Shown: piece after piece, positions 19,178 to 28,198 of the stretch
How the letters are laid out: every line of letters begins with the position of its first letter
How positions within the stretch are numbered: the first letter of the stretch is position 1
From: Bacillota bacterium
GTDB taxonomy: Bacteria; Bacillota; Clostridia; Oscillospirales; QAMX01
Length of the DNA: 38,470 nt
Reading direction: 5' to 3'
Assembly: GCA_033813635.1 (NCBI GenBank)
Contig: JAPXRI010000027.1
Coordinates: 1 to 38,470 of the forward strand
Notes under the pieces: model-generated
Database searches by the model: none
Told to the model about the DNA's origin: nothing
What the model saw: only the letters and a program-made list of their open reading frames with translations
Program-made: the position numbers and the translations under genes

Positions 19178-20185
19178 ATGGCGCTGTCGATTGCCGGAAT
19201 GCCGGAACAAAAGAACATCATCCTGCCGGAGCGCACCGTTTTAAAGCTTCTCGACGCAAAAAAACCGAATTCGGCCCGCCTCTATCTCTATCTCTGCCTG
19301 AAGGGCTGCAGGCAGACAAAACAGGAGCTCTGCGCGGGGCTGGGGCTTACGGAAAAAGAGCTCGCGGACTCGGAAAAGGAACTTGCGGAGTTCGGTCTGA
19401 TCTGCGAGGAAGAGGACAGGTGCGTTGAAGAGGCGCAGAAGCATTCGACCGAGAGCGAGCAGAAGTTCCGCAACAGCGCCCCGGTCTACTCGAGAGAGGA
19501 AATCGTCAAGCTGAAAAACGAGGACAGGGCGTTCGCTCAGATCGTGAAGGAAGCGTCGGAGGTCATCCGGCCGCTGCTTACAGAGAGCGAACTCCGGGAG
19601 CTGATGACGATATACAGCTATTTCGGAATGCCCGCCGACTGCCTGATCATGCTGATGCATTTCACCGCCGCGAGGACGGCGAGACAGAGCGAGGGGACGA
19701 GACGGCCTTCCCTTCTCACGATAAAAAAAGAGGCGTTCCGTTGGCTTGACAACGGGATTACCACGGCCGAGCGGGCGGACGCGTTTATCAAGAAGGAAAA
19801 CCGGATCATGGATACAGTGGAGAGCATGGTAAAATCCGCGGGGCTCGGTGTCTGCACAAACGACGACTTGCGCCTGCTGAGGAGCTGGGCCGAGCTCGGC
19901 TTCGGCGCCGAGGCCGTGAAAATCGCGGCCGAGATATCGAAAGCAAGGCTCGGCGAAATCAAGCTTCTATACATGGGCAGGATCATAAAGAACTGGAAAA
20001 ACGAGAACCTGACGGACTCGAAAGAGATTCTGAGAGTCGAAAAGCAGCGCCAGACTGACAGGGAGAAGGCGCTGACCGAAAAGGCGAGGAAACAGACAGG
20101 GAAGAAGCAGATATCCGAATCCGGCAAGAAGCTGTCGGCCAGGGAGCTTGAGACGCTTAAGGTTTTCGAGCAAAACGACGGTTAA
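19178..20185 (+). CDS. DnaD-domain replication protein (DnaB/DnaD-like primosome component)
   Basis: ATG after AGAGGGGG RBS; N-terminal winged-helix-like region; central 'YSREEIVKLKNEDRAFAQIVKEASEVIRPLLTESELRELMTIYSYFGMPADCLIMLMHFT' resembles the DnaD-like domain; basic C-terminal tail. Confidence 0.55.
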   Translation: MALSIAGMPEQKNIILPERTVLKLLDAKKPNSARLYLYLCLKGCRQTKQELCAGLGLTEKELADSEKELAEFGLICEEEDRCVEEAQKHSTESEQKFRNSAPVYSREEIVKLKNEDRAFAQIVKEASEVIRPLLTESELRELMTIYSYFGMPADCLIMLMHFTAARTARQSEGTRRPSLLTIKKEAFRWLDNGITTAERADAFIKKENRIMDTVESMVKSAGLGVCTNDDLRLLRSWAELGFGAEAVKIAAEISKARLGEIKLLYMGRIIKNWKNENLTDSKEILRVEKQRQTDREKALTEKARKQTGKKQISESGKKLSARELETLKVFEQNDG

Positions 20186-20200
20186 GGAGGGAAGCGCTAA

Positions 20201-21160
20201 GTGAATATCGACGGCAAGGTTTTTAAACGGGCCGAGGAGAGGTACGTAAGGGAAAAGCACGCCCGCGAGCTCGACAGAGCGAGAAGGCTCGACGAGACGA
20301 TGCGCAAAATACCGAGAATAGCCGAAATCGACGGGGAGCTCAAACGGCTCGGTATGAAAATCGTCGAGGTCTACTTCGACGGGGCGGATGTCGAGGCGAG
20401 GATTGACGCGATAAAGCGGAGCTCGAACCGGCTGGTTGCCGAACGCAGGCAGCTTCTCGTTAAAAACGGTTATCCGGAGGACTGGTTCGACGATAAAAAC
20501 TTATGTCCTGTATGCGGGGATACGGGCTATGTCAACTCGCACGCCTGCGCGTGCCTGCTAAGCGTCTATAAAAAGGAGCAGGAGATCGAGCTTGCAGACC
20601 TTTTCAATCTGGCGCCCGGCGGATTGGATATCGATTTGAACGCATATTCCGATGCGGCCGACGACAAGCTCGGCATGTCGCCGAGGACATACGTTAAGAA
20701 CGTCGTCACTCTGGTGAAGACCTTCGCGCAAAAGCTCGGAAACGGCGGGCAGAACCTCTTTCTGAGGGGGGACGGCCGGGCAGATAAGCTCCCGTTTGCC
20801 GCTCATATCGCGAAAAGCGCGATTGACAAGGGCCTTTTTACCGTCTACACTCCGGCGTTTTCGTTTTTCAGGACGCTTGAGGACGAGCGGTTCGGCAGGG
20901 ACGAGGAGGCGAGATCGGAGACCGAGCGTTTCTATAAATGCGACCTTCTGATCATTGACGAGCTCGGCACCGAGCAGACGACGGCCTACGCCGCGGCGGT
21001 GCTGCTCAACATCATCAGCAAACGGTTCGCGGATAAAAAGTTGACGGTAATCACGTCGGACATCAGCGTGGACGATATCGCGGTCCGCTACAGCCCTCAG
21101 ACGGCGTTCCGCATAGGAGAAAGCTATACCAACGTCTTCATACCGAGAGCAGGGGCATAA
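20201..21160 (+). CDS. DnaI/DnaC-like helicase-loader homolog with a degenerate P-loop
   Basis: N-terminal zinc ribbon 'CPVCGDTGYVNSHACAC' as in DnaI; Walker B 'CDLLIIDELG'; Walker A position reads 'LFLRGDGRADKL' instead of GxxGxGKT/S; GTG start after AAGGAGGG. Confidence 0.55.
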   Translation: MNIDGKVFKRAEERYVREKHARELDRARRLDETMRKIPRIAEIDGELKRLGMKIVEVYFDGADVEARIDAIKRSSNRLVAERRQLLVKNGYPEDWFDDKNLCPVCGDTGYVNSHACACLLSVYKKEQEIELADLFNLAPGGLDIDLNAYSDAADDKLGMSPRTYVKNVVTLVKTFAQKLGNGGQNLFLRGDGRADKLPFAAHIAKSAIDKGLFTVYTPAFSFFRTLEDERFGRDEEARSETERFYKCDLLIIDELGTEQTTAYAAAVLLNIISKRFADKKLTVITSDISVDDIAVRYSPQTAFRIGESYTNVFIPRAGA

Positions 21161-21176
21161 GATAAGTCAAAAACAA

Positions 21177-21215
21177 AAAGAGACTCCAAAAGGAATCTCT
21201 TTTTTCATTTTTTTA
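21177..21215. terminator. bidirectional intrinsic terminator
   Basis: AGAGACTCC-aaaa-GGAATCTCT stem (one mismatch) with A-rich and T-rich flanks, between convergent genes. Confidence 0.65.
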
Positions 21216-23024
21216 AGCACCGGTTTTCATCAGGGAGAGCTCGTAGAGCTCGGCGTAGCGCCCGCCCAGGCTTACAAGCTCGCTGTGGGTTCCGCGCTCG
21301 ATAATCTCGCCGTGGCTTAAAACGAAAATCTGGTCGCAGTTTACGATTGTCGACAGCCTGTGGGCGATCGTAATCGTCGTGCGCTCGGCCGACACCGCGC
21401 GCATCGCCCTGGAGAGCGCCGCCTCCGTCTCGGTGTCTATGTTCGCCGTAGCCTCGTCGAGCACGAGCACCGATGGCTTCGCGGCTACCGCGCGGGCGAA
21501 GGCGATCAGCTGGCGCTGACCGGCGGAGAACTCGGAGCCGCGCTCGGAAACATGGGACTCATATTTATCGGGCAGGCTTTCCACAAACGAGTCGGCGCTC
21601 ACCGTGCGCACCGCTTTTTTTATGTCGAGGTTGCTGATGCTGTTGTCGTTGAGGCGGATGTTGTAGTTGATGTCGCCGGTAAACAGGAAAACATCCTGTT
21701 GGACGACCGATATGCAGCGCCTTAAGTCGGTCAGCCTGAAATTTTTAATATTGACGCCGTCCAGCAGGATCTCGCCCTTCTGAATGTCGTAAAAGCGGGC
21801 GAGCAGTGATATAATCGTGGATTTGCCGGAGCCGGTGGAGCCGACGAACGCGACGCTCTGCCCGGACTTGATTTCGAAGCTGACGTCCTTCAGGACCCAG
21901 TCGTCGCCGTTATACGCAAACCACACGTTTTTAAACTCGATATGCCCGGAGAACGATTTTAACGGCTCGCCCTTGTCCAGATCCTCCAGCGTCGATTTCC
22001 GATCGATGATGTCGTAGATCCTGTCCGCGGAGATGAGCGCGGACTGAATCGATGTGAACTGGTCGGCGAGGTTGGAAATCGGGTTGAAAAACTGCTTTAT
22101 ATACTGCGCGAACGCGTACAAAACGCCTATGTCCAGCGCGCCTTTGACGACGTTGGAGGAGAACGCCGATAACAGGATTGCGACGGCGATGTCCGCGATG
22201 GCGGTGAGCAGCGGGTTTGAAAGACTGTTCAGCGTAACCTCGATAATGCCGTAGCGGTAATAGTCCTTGCCGAGCCGGAAAAACTCGTCGTTTTTAACCT
22301 TTTCGCGGCAGTAAATCTGCACCATTTTCATACCGGTGATGTTCTCGGCCAGAAAACCGTTGAGTTTGGAGAGCTGGGCCTTCAGCTTTATGTAGTTGCG
22401 CCGGGCGAGGGAGCGGTACAGAATGGTAAGCGCCGTGATCACGGGGACGGTGATGAAGCACCAGAGCGCGAGCTTATAGTCCAGGATAAGCATGGCGCCC
22501 ATAATCTCGGCAATCTGAAGCATATCCTTTATGAACTGGATGATGATGCTTGAGAAGAGATCGCTTAAGGACTCGATATCGCTGTTTACGCGGGTCAAAA
22601 GGCTTCCGGAGGAGTTATTGTCGAAAAAGCTCATGTTCATATTCTGAATATGGGCGAAGAGCTGCGTTCTCAGACGGTGCATGATGCGCTGGCCGAGGGA
22701 CGCGAGAGTCAGCGCCTGGGCGTAGTCGCAGACGACGCCGGTGAACACCACGATAAAATAGACCCAGGCGAGATTGCCGATTTTATGCAGGTCGTTTAAG
22801 CCGACATCCAGGTTTTCGTCGATGACGAGCTTTAGGATATAAGGCTTAACGATGGTGACAAGGCTCGTGACGGCCGCGAGAAAAAGCGCCAGCGCAGTGA
22901 GCACCTTGTGAAACCCGAAATTCTTGATAAGCCGCCAAAGCGTTTTTCGCTTCTTTTTATTGATATACTCGGCCATCCTCCCTTCCGGGACGGCGGGCGA
23001 GCTGGCTGCAACCTTTTTTTTCAT
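21213..23024 (-). CDS. ABC exporter subunit (TMD-NBD fusion) with a canonical NBD
   Basis: Six-TM domain then 'GSTGSGKST', 'FSAGQRQLIAFARA', 'VLVLDEATANID', 'ITIAHRL'; ATG (MKKKVA) 7 nt after AAAGGTGG. The track's 23075 start overlaps the upstream gene. Confidence 0.85.
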   Translation of the reverse strand: MKKKVAASSPAVPEGRMAEYINKKKRKTLWRLIKNFGFHKVLTALALFLAAVTSLVTIVKPYILKLVIDENLDVGLNDLHKIGNLAWVYFIVVFTGVVCDYAQALTLASLGQRIMHRLRTQLFAHIQNMNMSFFDNNSSGSLLTRVNSDIESLSDLFSSIIIQFIKDMLQIAEIMGAMLILDYKLALWCFITVPVITALTILYRSLARRNYIKLKAQLSKLNGFLAENITGMKMVQIYCREKVKNDEFFRLGKDYYRYGIIEVTLNSLSNPLLTAIADIAVAILLSAFSSNVVKGALDIGVLYAFAQYIKQFFNPISNLADQFTSIQSALISADRIYDIIDRKSTLEDLDKGEPLKSFSGHIEFKNVWFAYNGDDWVLKDVSFEIKSGQSVAFVGSTGSGKSTIISLLARFYDIQKGEILLDGVNIKNFRLTDLRRCISVVQQDVFLFTGDINYNIRLNDNSISNLDIKKAVRTVSADSFVESLPDKYESHVSERGSEFSAGQRQLIAFARAVAAKPSVLVLDEATANIDTETEAALSRAMRAVSAERTTITIAHRLSTIVNCDQIFVLSHGEIIERGTHSELVSLGGRYAELYELSLMKTGA

Positions 23025-23043
23025 CTGTAACCCACCTTTCATT

Positions 23044-24807
23044 CTACTTTGCGGGGGATTTTTCACCCGCGGCAATGATCTCGAGCAGGTGATTGTACTC
23101 GGGAGAGGTCTTCTGGAGCTCCTCGTGTGTTCCGAGCGCGGCCATGCTTCCGTCCTCGTTTAGCAGCAGGACGCGGTCCGCAAGGCTTGCCGCGGCGATA
23201 CGGTGAGTGACGATAATCGTAGTGCAGTTTTTAAGGTATCCGCGCAGGCTGGTCAGAATTTCATGTTCCGTCTCGGAGTCGACCGCCGACAGGCAGTCGT
23301 CCAGAAGCAGAAGCGACGGCTTTCTTGAAAGAGCCCTGGCAATGGAGATCCTCTGCTTCTGCCCGCCAGAGAGCGTCATGCCGCGTTCGCCGACGACCGT
23401 GTCGTAGTTTTTTTCAAATTCCATGATGCTGTCGTGCACGGCCGCGGTTTTCGCAGCGTTCACGGCGTCTTCCTGGGTGACGCGCTCGTCGTAGAACGTG
23501 ATATTACTCATAATCGTATCGGAAAAGAGAAAGGTTTCCTGCGGAACATAGGCGATTGAGCCCCGGAGCACGTTCAGCGGAATGCTCGCGGGCTCGTGCC
23601 CGGATATTTTAATCGTACCGACGGGCGGCTCCCACATCCTCATCAAAAGACTCAGCAGCGTAGATTTCCCGCTTCCGGTCGCGCCCATAACGGCGAGGAC
23701 CCCGCCGGGCTCCAGATGAAAGCTGATGCTTTTCAAAACGTCGGTGTCCGTGCCGGGGTAGCGGAATGTCAGGTTTACGATGCGTATATCGATCGGGTCG
23801 AGGCTCGTGATAGACATATCGGCGCTTTCGTCGGTAATCGTCGGCTTGGCGGTGAGAATTGTGTCCATACGCTGCATTGAGACGAGGCCGCGCTGCCATA
23901 TCTGGATGATTCTGCTGATCCTCGATATCGGGTTCAAAAGGTAGGCGATGTAGGTGTTGAAAGTGACGAATTCGCCGAGCGTAATCTGGCCATTGATGAC
24001 CATTTTCCCGCCGAAATACAAAAAAAGCGAAAAGATGATGCCGAAAACAAGCGACGATACGGGGTTGATAAACGCCCAAACCTTTACAAGCTCGATTTCG
24101 GCCTTCCATTTGGCTCTGCTCAGCCTGTTAAAGTGCGCGTTCTCGCTTTTTTCCTGCGCGAATGCCTTTATTACGCGGATGCCGGTGATGTTTTCCTGCA
24201 CCTTCTCCGCGATGTCGGAGATTGAGCGCTGAACCTCGGCGAATTTAATCCGCATCAGCTTGCGGAGCTTTATCAGCAGATAGAGCAAAAACGGGAGCGG
24301 TATAACCGCGATAAGCGTCAGGCCAAGTTTTGTCGTGGTAATCATGTAGCCTATAGTGACCGCGTTGATCGTCAGCACGTCGACGATTCCGGTTAGGCCG
24401 TTGCCGAGCATCATGCGCACGGCCTGCGCGTCGACGATGCTTTTGGTTATCAGGTCGCCGGTGTTGTTTTTAACATAATAGTCAGCCGAGAGCTTTTGCA
24501 GGTGGGAAAAAAGCGCGTGGCGGAGATAAAGTTCTATCGACCTGGTAAAGCCGAAAATAAGGTAGCGCCAGATAAACTTCGCGATAAACGTACCTGCCGC
24601 GCAGCAGACCATCAGGATCAAAACGCGCGGCAGGCTTTCCGAAAGGGCTTGTTGGGATTTCGCGTCATCGATGATATCAATCGCGTTGCCGAGCAGGCGC
24701 GGCAGAGCGGTCGCGAGCACAGTCGAGGCGACCACGAAAATAACGCCGGCGAGATACCGGAGGCCGTGCTTTTTGAAGTAATTCAGGATGATATCCTTAC
24801 TGCGCAT
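23044..24807 (-). CDS. ABC exporter subunit (TMD-NBD fusion) with a degenerate Walker B (DD instead of DE)
   Basis: 'GATGSGKSTL', 'LSGGQKQRISIARAL', then 'LLLLDDCLSAVD' and 'TTIIVTHRI'; pairs with the downstream subunit as a heterodimeric exporter. Confidence 0.85.
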   Translation of the reverse strand: MRSKDIILNYFKKHGLRYLAGVIFVVASTVLATALPRLLGNAIDIIDDAKSQQALSESLPRVLILMVCCAAGTFIAKFIWRYLIFGFTRSIELYLRHALFSHLQKLSADYYVKNNTGDLITKSIVDAQAVRMMLGNGLTGIVDVLTINAVTIGYMITTTKLGLTLIAVIPLPFLLYLLIKLRKLMRIKFAEVQRSISDIAEKVQENITGIRVIKAFAQEKSENAHFNRLSRAKWKAEIELVKVWAFINPVSSLVFGIIFSLFLYFGGKMVINGQITLGEFVTFNTYIAYLLNPISRISRIIQIWQRGLVSMQRMDTILTAKPTITDESADMSITSLDPIDIRIVNLTFRYPGTDTDVLKSISFHLEPGGVLAVMGATGSGKSTLLSLLMRMWEPPVGTIKISGHEPASIPLNVLRGSIAYVPQETFLFSDTIMSNITFYDERVTQEDAVNAAKTAAVHDSIMEFEKNYDTVVGERGMTLSGGQKQRISIARALSRKPSLLLLDDCLSAVDSETEHEILTSLRGYLKNCTTIIVTHRIAAASLADRVLLLNEDGSMAALGTHEELQKTSPEYNHLLEIIAAGEKSPAK

Positions 24808-24816
24808 AAAAAATGA

Positions 24817-25467
24817 TCAGATCCTTTCGTTGAGCGCGTGCTGATACAGATGAGCGACATCGTTTGAAAAGGCGAGCTTGGTACGGATATACCCGTTTTC
24901 CCGGATGTATTTCACAAGCGTAAGCCCGGTATTGTCCTGGGAATAGCTGAAATAATCGGGCAGGGGCAGGTCAAGGGCGGCGGTAATCAGCTTTGTGTTG
25001 AACGACCCGTGCGCCACAAGGAGGACGTTCTCGTCGCCCTGAAATCTATCGCGCACATATCCGATAACCCTATGAGCGCGAGCGAGCTTGGCCGGTCTGT
25101 CCTCGGGTTCGAGGAACGCGTTCCCGCCGGCTGGTGTCGGAATTTCCGGGTAAACCGCGGTTTCGCATAGTTGCTTCAATCTATCGAACGGCAATCCGCA
25201 GTAACCCGGCTCCGTGTCGTCCTCCATTATATCCGGAAGGAGCTCGACCACCGCCTGACCTTCCGGCTGGCGGATTGCGACCTCGTTCGCGGTTGTGAGC
25301 GCGCGGACCAGGGGGCTTGAAATAATGCAGTCGAATTTGAGCTTTGAAAGCCTCTCGCCGAGATACCTTGCCTGAAGCAGCCCGAGCTCCGTCAGCCCGG
25401 GATCCGGGCCGTCCTGCGTCCCCGTATTTCCGCATGACTGCGCGTGCCGCGCTATGTAAAGCTGCAT
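24817..25467 (-). CDS. histidine phosphatase family protein (phosphoglycerate-mutase-like)
   Basis: 'LYIARHAQSCGN' RHG-type motif near the N-terminus; 'LLVAHGSF' later; 9-bp gap to the ABC genes. Confidence 0.7.
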   Translation of the reverse strand: MQLYIARHAQSCGNTGTQDGPDPGLTELGLLQARYLGERLSKLKFDCIISSPLVRALTTANEVAIRQPEGQAVVELLPDIMEDDTEPGYCGLPFDRLKQLCETAVYPEIPTPAGGNAFLEPEDRPAKLARAHRVIGYVRDRFQGDENVLLVAHGSFNTKLITAALDLPLPDYFSYSQDNTGLTLVKYIRENGYIRTKLAFSNDVAHLYQHALNERI

Positions 25468-25586
25468 ACCGATCTCCATTCCGCCGCGAAAAAGGCGGCT
25501 AAAACATTAAGTAAAAATCACACTCGTTTGTCTAAACACGCGCTTTTCTCTGATTGCCGTTTCCTTTTATATATGCCACGGTTCTT

Positions 25587-25615
25587 ATATTACTACCTTT
25601 TTTTATAATTTTCAA
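25587..25615 (-). promoter_or_regulatory. minus-strand sigma-A promoter (TTGAAA, 17 bp, TAATAT) for the histidine phosphatase-ABC operon
   Basis: Read on the reverse complement; ~120-nt leader to the start at 25467. Confidence 0.5.
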
Positions 25616-25834
25616 TATGCCAAAGCAGGGGAAAAACAGGAAAAATATGGCTGTATAGACTAAATAACGAACAATTTTAAGGAAATAAAAAACGCACAAA
25701 ACAGAGCGTTTGACTGATATTTATTACCTTGCCGGCAAATATGATTTTTCACCGGAGCCTGTTTTTTAGCCTATGCCGATCTGTGATAAAAAAATTCGTC
25801 ATATTAGACAAAAAGCCCGCGCCGGGTATTTTTA

Positions 25835-25863
25835 TTGACAGCTTACTGAGAGTGTATTATACT
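25835..25863 (+). promoter_or_regulatory. sigma-A promoter (TTGACA, 17 bp, TATACT) for lplA
   Basis: Read directly, about 48 nt upstream of the ATG at 25911. Confidence 0.6.
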
Positions 25864-25910
25864 TTTTACATTCGAAGTGTGTAAATTCCTGTTAAAAAGA
25901 GGTCGCACCG

Positions 25911-26879
25911 ATGAGCTATATCTATCGTTCATATTCAAACGACCCGTTTTCAAACATCGCGACGGAGGAGATCTACTGTTCCGTCGCGGCGAAGACCGGC
26001 CGGCCGGTGCTGTACCTCTGGAAAAACGGCGGCTGCGTCGTAATCGGCAGAAATCAAAATCCGTGGGCGGAGTGCGATATTCGCGCGATGGAGGCGGACG
26101 GCGTGAAGCTTGTCCGCAGGAAAACCGGCGGCGGCGCGGTCTACCACGATCTCGGCAACCTGAACTACTCGTTTTGCATGCCGAGCGATATCTACGACGA
26201 AAAAAGGCAATACGCCGTGATCGTCTCCGCGCTTTTGTCGCTCGGGATAAAGGCCGAACTGAACGGCCGGAACGATATCACGGTAGATGGCCGGAAGATA
26301 TCGGGGAGCGCTTTTCTGCACAGAAAAGAGGCGTCCCTGCACCACGGGACGCTGCTGGTGGACAGCGAGCTGTCGGTTTTCGCGCGGTACCTGACGCCGT
26401 CGGCGGATAAGCTCGCCGGCAAGGGGGTCAAATCCGTTTCGGCGAGGGTTGCGAACCTAAAACAATTTTGCGCCAATATAACCCCGGACGCGGTCGCGGA
26501 GGCGGTAAGGGCGGAATTTGAAAAGGTGTACGGCAGGGCCGAAACGCCCCCGGAGCACGACGAAAAAGAGCTGTCCGCGCTGCGGAGCGAATATGAGTCC
26601 TGGGATTTTCGTTTCGGGAGGACGCCACCGTTCGAGACCACGCTCGACACGCGCCTTCCGTTCGGAAAGCTGACCATCGGGCTTGCCGTAGAGAAGGGGA
26701 TCGTCTGCGATTGCCGCGTATGGTCGGATATGCTAAAGCCCGATTTCCCGGCTCTTCTGGAGGAGGCGCTAAAGGGCGTTATATTTGATAAAAGCGCGCT
26801 CGCCTTGGCGGCCAAAGAAATAAAAATCGAGCCGGAGGCGCGCTTGACCGCGGAATGGCTCTCCGGCTGCGAAATCTAA
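25911..26879 (+). CDS. lplA: lipoate-protein ligase
   Basis: 'RRKTGGGAVYHDLGNLNYSF', 'GRKISGSAF'; ~320 aa with the accessory C-terminal domain. Confidence 0.85.
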   Translation: MSYIYRSYSNDPFSNIATEEIYCSVAAKTGRPVLYLWKNGGCVVIGRNQNPWAECDIRAMEADGVKLVRRKTGGGAVYHDLGNLNYSFCMPSDIYDEKRQYAVIVSALLSLGIKAELNGRNDITVDGRKISGSAFLHRKEASLHHGTLLVDSELSVFARYLTPSADKLAGKGVKSVSARVANLKQFCANITPDAVAEAVRAEFEKVYGRAETPPEHDEKELSALRSEYESWDFRFGRTPPFETTLDTRLPFGKLTIGLAVEKGIVCDCRVWSDMLKPDFPALLEEALKGVIFDKSALALAAKEIKIEPEARLTAEWLSGCEI

Positions 26880-26904
26880 CAGTAAAAATCAGAGAGGTAT
26901 CGGA

Positions 26905-28194
26905 ATGCTTGACTTGGAAAAAATCGAGAAATCCCTCAAAAACTGCCCCTGCGGGAGAGAGCACAAGATCAATATCCGCACGCTGGAGATTGGGGAAAAC
27001 ATAACGGAGGATATCGGGAGTATCCTGAGGGATTCGGGCTTTGCCGGAAAGATTTCAATCGTTTGGGATAAAAACACTAAGAAGGCCGCGGAAGGCGTAG
27101 ACGAGTCCGTCAGGAGCGCCGGCTTAACACCCGTCTATACGGAGTTTGACGACCTGCGCCTCGCCGACATGGCTTCGGCGGAACGCGTGGAGAACGATAT
27201 ATCGCGGGAAGGCTCGGCCTGCGTCTTATCCGTCGGCACCGGGTCTCTGAACGACATCTGCAGGATCACAGCGGCGAAGCTGGGCATTCCCTTTGCGATA
27301 TACGCGACCGCGCCGTCGATGGACGGCTTTGCGTCGGTGATGGCGCCGATCACGATAAACGGCTTTAAGCGGACGTATCCGGCCAAGGCGCCGGAGGTAA
27401 TCGCGGCCGACACCCGGGTGCTCGCCAAAAGTCCGGCGGTGCTCAAGGCCGCCGGTCTCGGGGACCTGCTGGGGAAATACACCGCCCACGCGGACTGGGA
27501 GATATCGACGCTGACCACCGGCGAATACTACTGCGGCGCGATCGCGAAGCTCACCCGGGACGCCGTAGACCGTGCGGTGGCGTTGACAAGGCAAAACGAC
27601 ACGTCGTCGGCGGAGTACGGCGGGGCGCTGATGGAGGCCCTTGTTTTATCCGGTCTGGCGATGCTTCTGTCCGGCTGCACGCGGCCCGCTTCGGGCGCGG
27701 AGCACCACCTCGCCCATTTCTGGGAGATGAAATACGCCCTCGAGGGCAGAGAGCAGGTCTATCACGGCAAAAAGGTCGGCATCGCCACGGGAATCGTCGC
27801 CGATATTTACAACGAGCTCGCTGAGGTTTCGTCAGTGAGGGAAGTCCGCAGGGAGATCGACACGGAGACGCTGTCGCGGGTTTTCGGCTCTCTCTGGAAC
27901 GAGGCGGTCAAGGAAAACGTTCCGAACCCCCTCGACTCTGTAAAGCCGGGGATGGTTGAGGACAACTGGGATAATATCAGAAACTCCCTAAGGAAAGTCC
28001 CGAAGGGGGACGAGATAAGGGCTCTGATCAGAAAAGCCGGAGGCGAGGCTACCTGCGCGGAGGCGGGGATCCCGAGTGAGCTTGAGAGGCAGGGCATGCT
28101 CTACGGCCGGTACGCGCGCTTTCGCATTACAATGATGAGGCTTCTGGACAGGATAGACTATGTCCCGGAATACAACTCAAGCTACGGTGAATAG
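26905..28194 (+). CDS. sn-glycerol-1-phosphate dehydrogenase-like protein (AraM/EgsA family, Fe-ADH_2 / dehydroquinate-synthase-like fold)
   Basis: 'SVGTGSLNDICRITAAKLGIPFAIYATAPSMDGFAS' glycine-rich NAD(P) loop plus '...DG' motif; 'GAEHHLAHFWE' metal ligands. Confidence 0.55.
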   Translation: MLDLEKIEKSLKNCPCGREHKINIRTLEIGENITEDIGSILRDSGFAGKISIVWDKNTKKAAEGVDESVRSAGLTPVYTEFDDLRLADMASAERVENDISREGSACVLSVGTGSLNDICRITAAKLGIPFAIYATAPSMDGFASVMAPITINGFKRTYPAKAPEVIAADTRVLAKSPAVLKAAGLGDLLGKYTAHADWEISTLTTGEYYCGAIAKLTRDAVDRAVALTRQNDTSSAEYGGALMEALVLSGLAMLLSGCTRPASGAEHHLAHFWEMKYALEGREQVYHGKKVGIATGIVADIYNELAEVSSVREVRREIDTETLSRVFGSLWNEAVKENVPNPLDSVKPGMVEDNWDNIRNSLRKVPKGDEIRALIRKAGGEATCAEAGIPSELERQGMLYGRYARFRITMMRLLDRIDYVPEYNSSYGE

Positions 28195-28198
28195 GCAG

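Noticed and set aside
28160-28198. Upstream ATG extension of the HAD phosphatase (MSRNTTQATVNRQ...)
   Set aside because: It overlaps the 3' end of the preceding gene by 35 nt and adds residues not typical of HAD-IIA N-termini. The ATG at 28199 gives the usual distance to the DxD motif.
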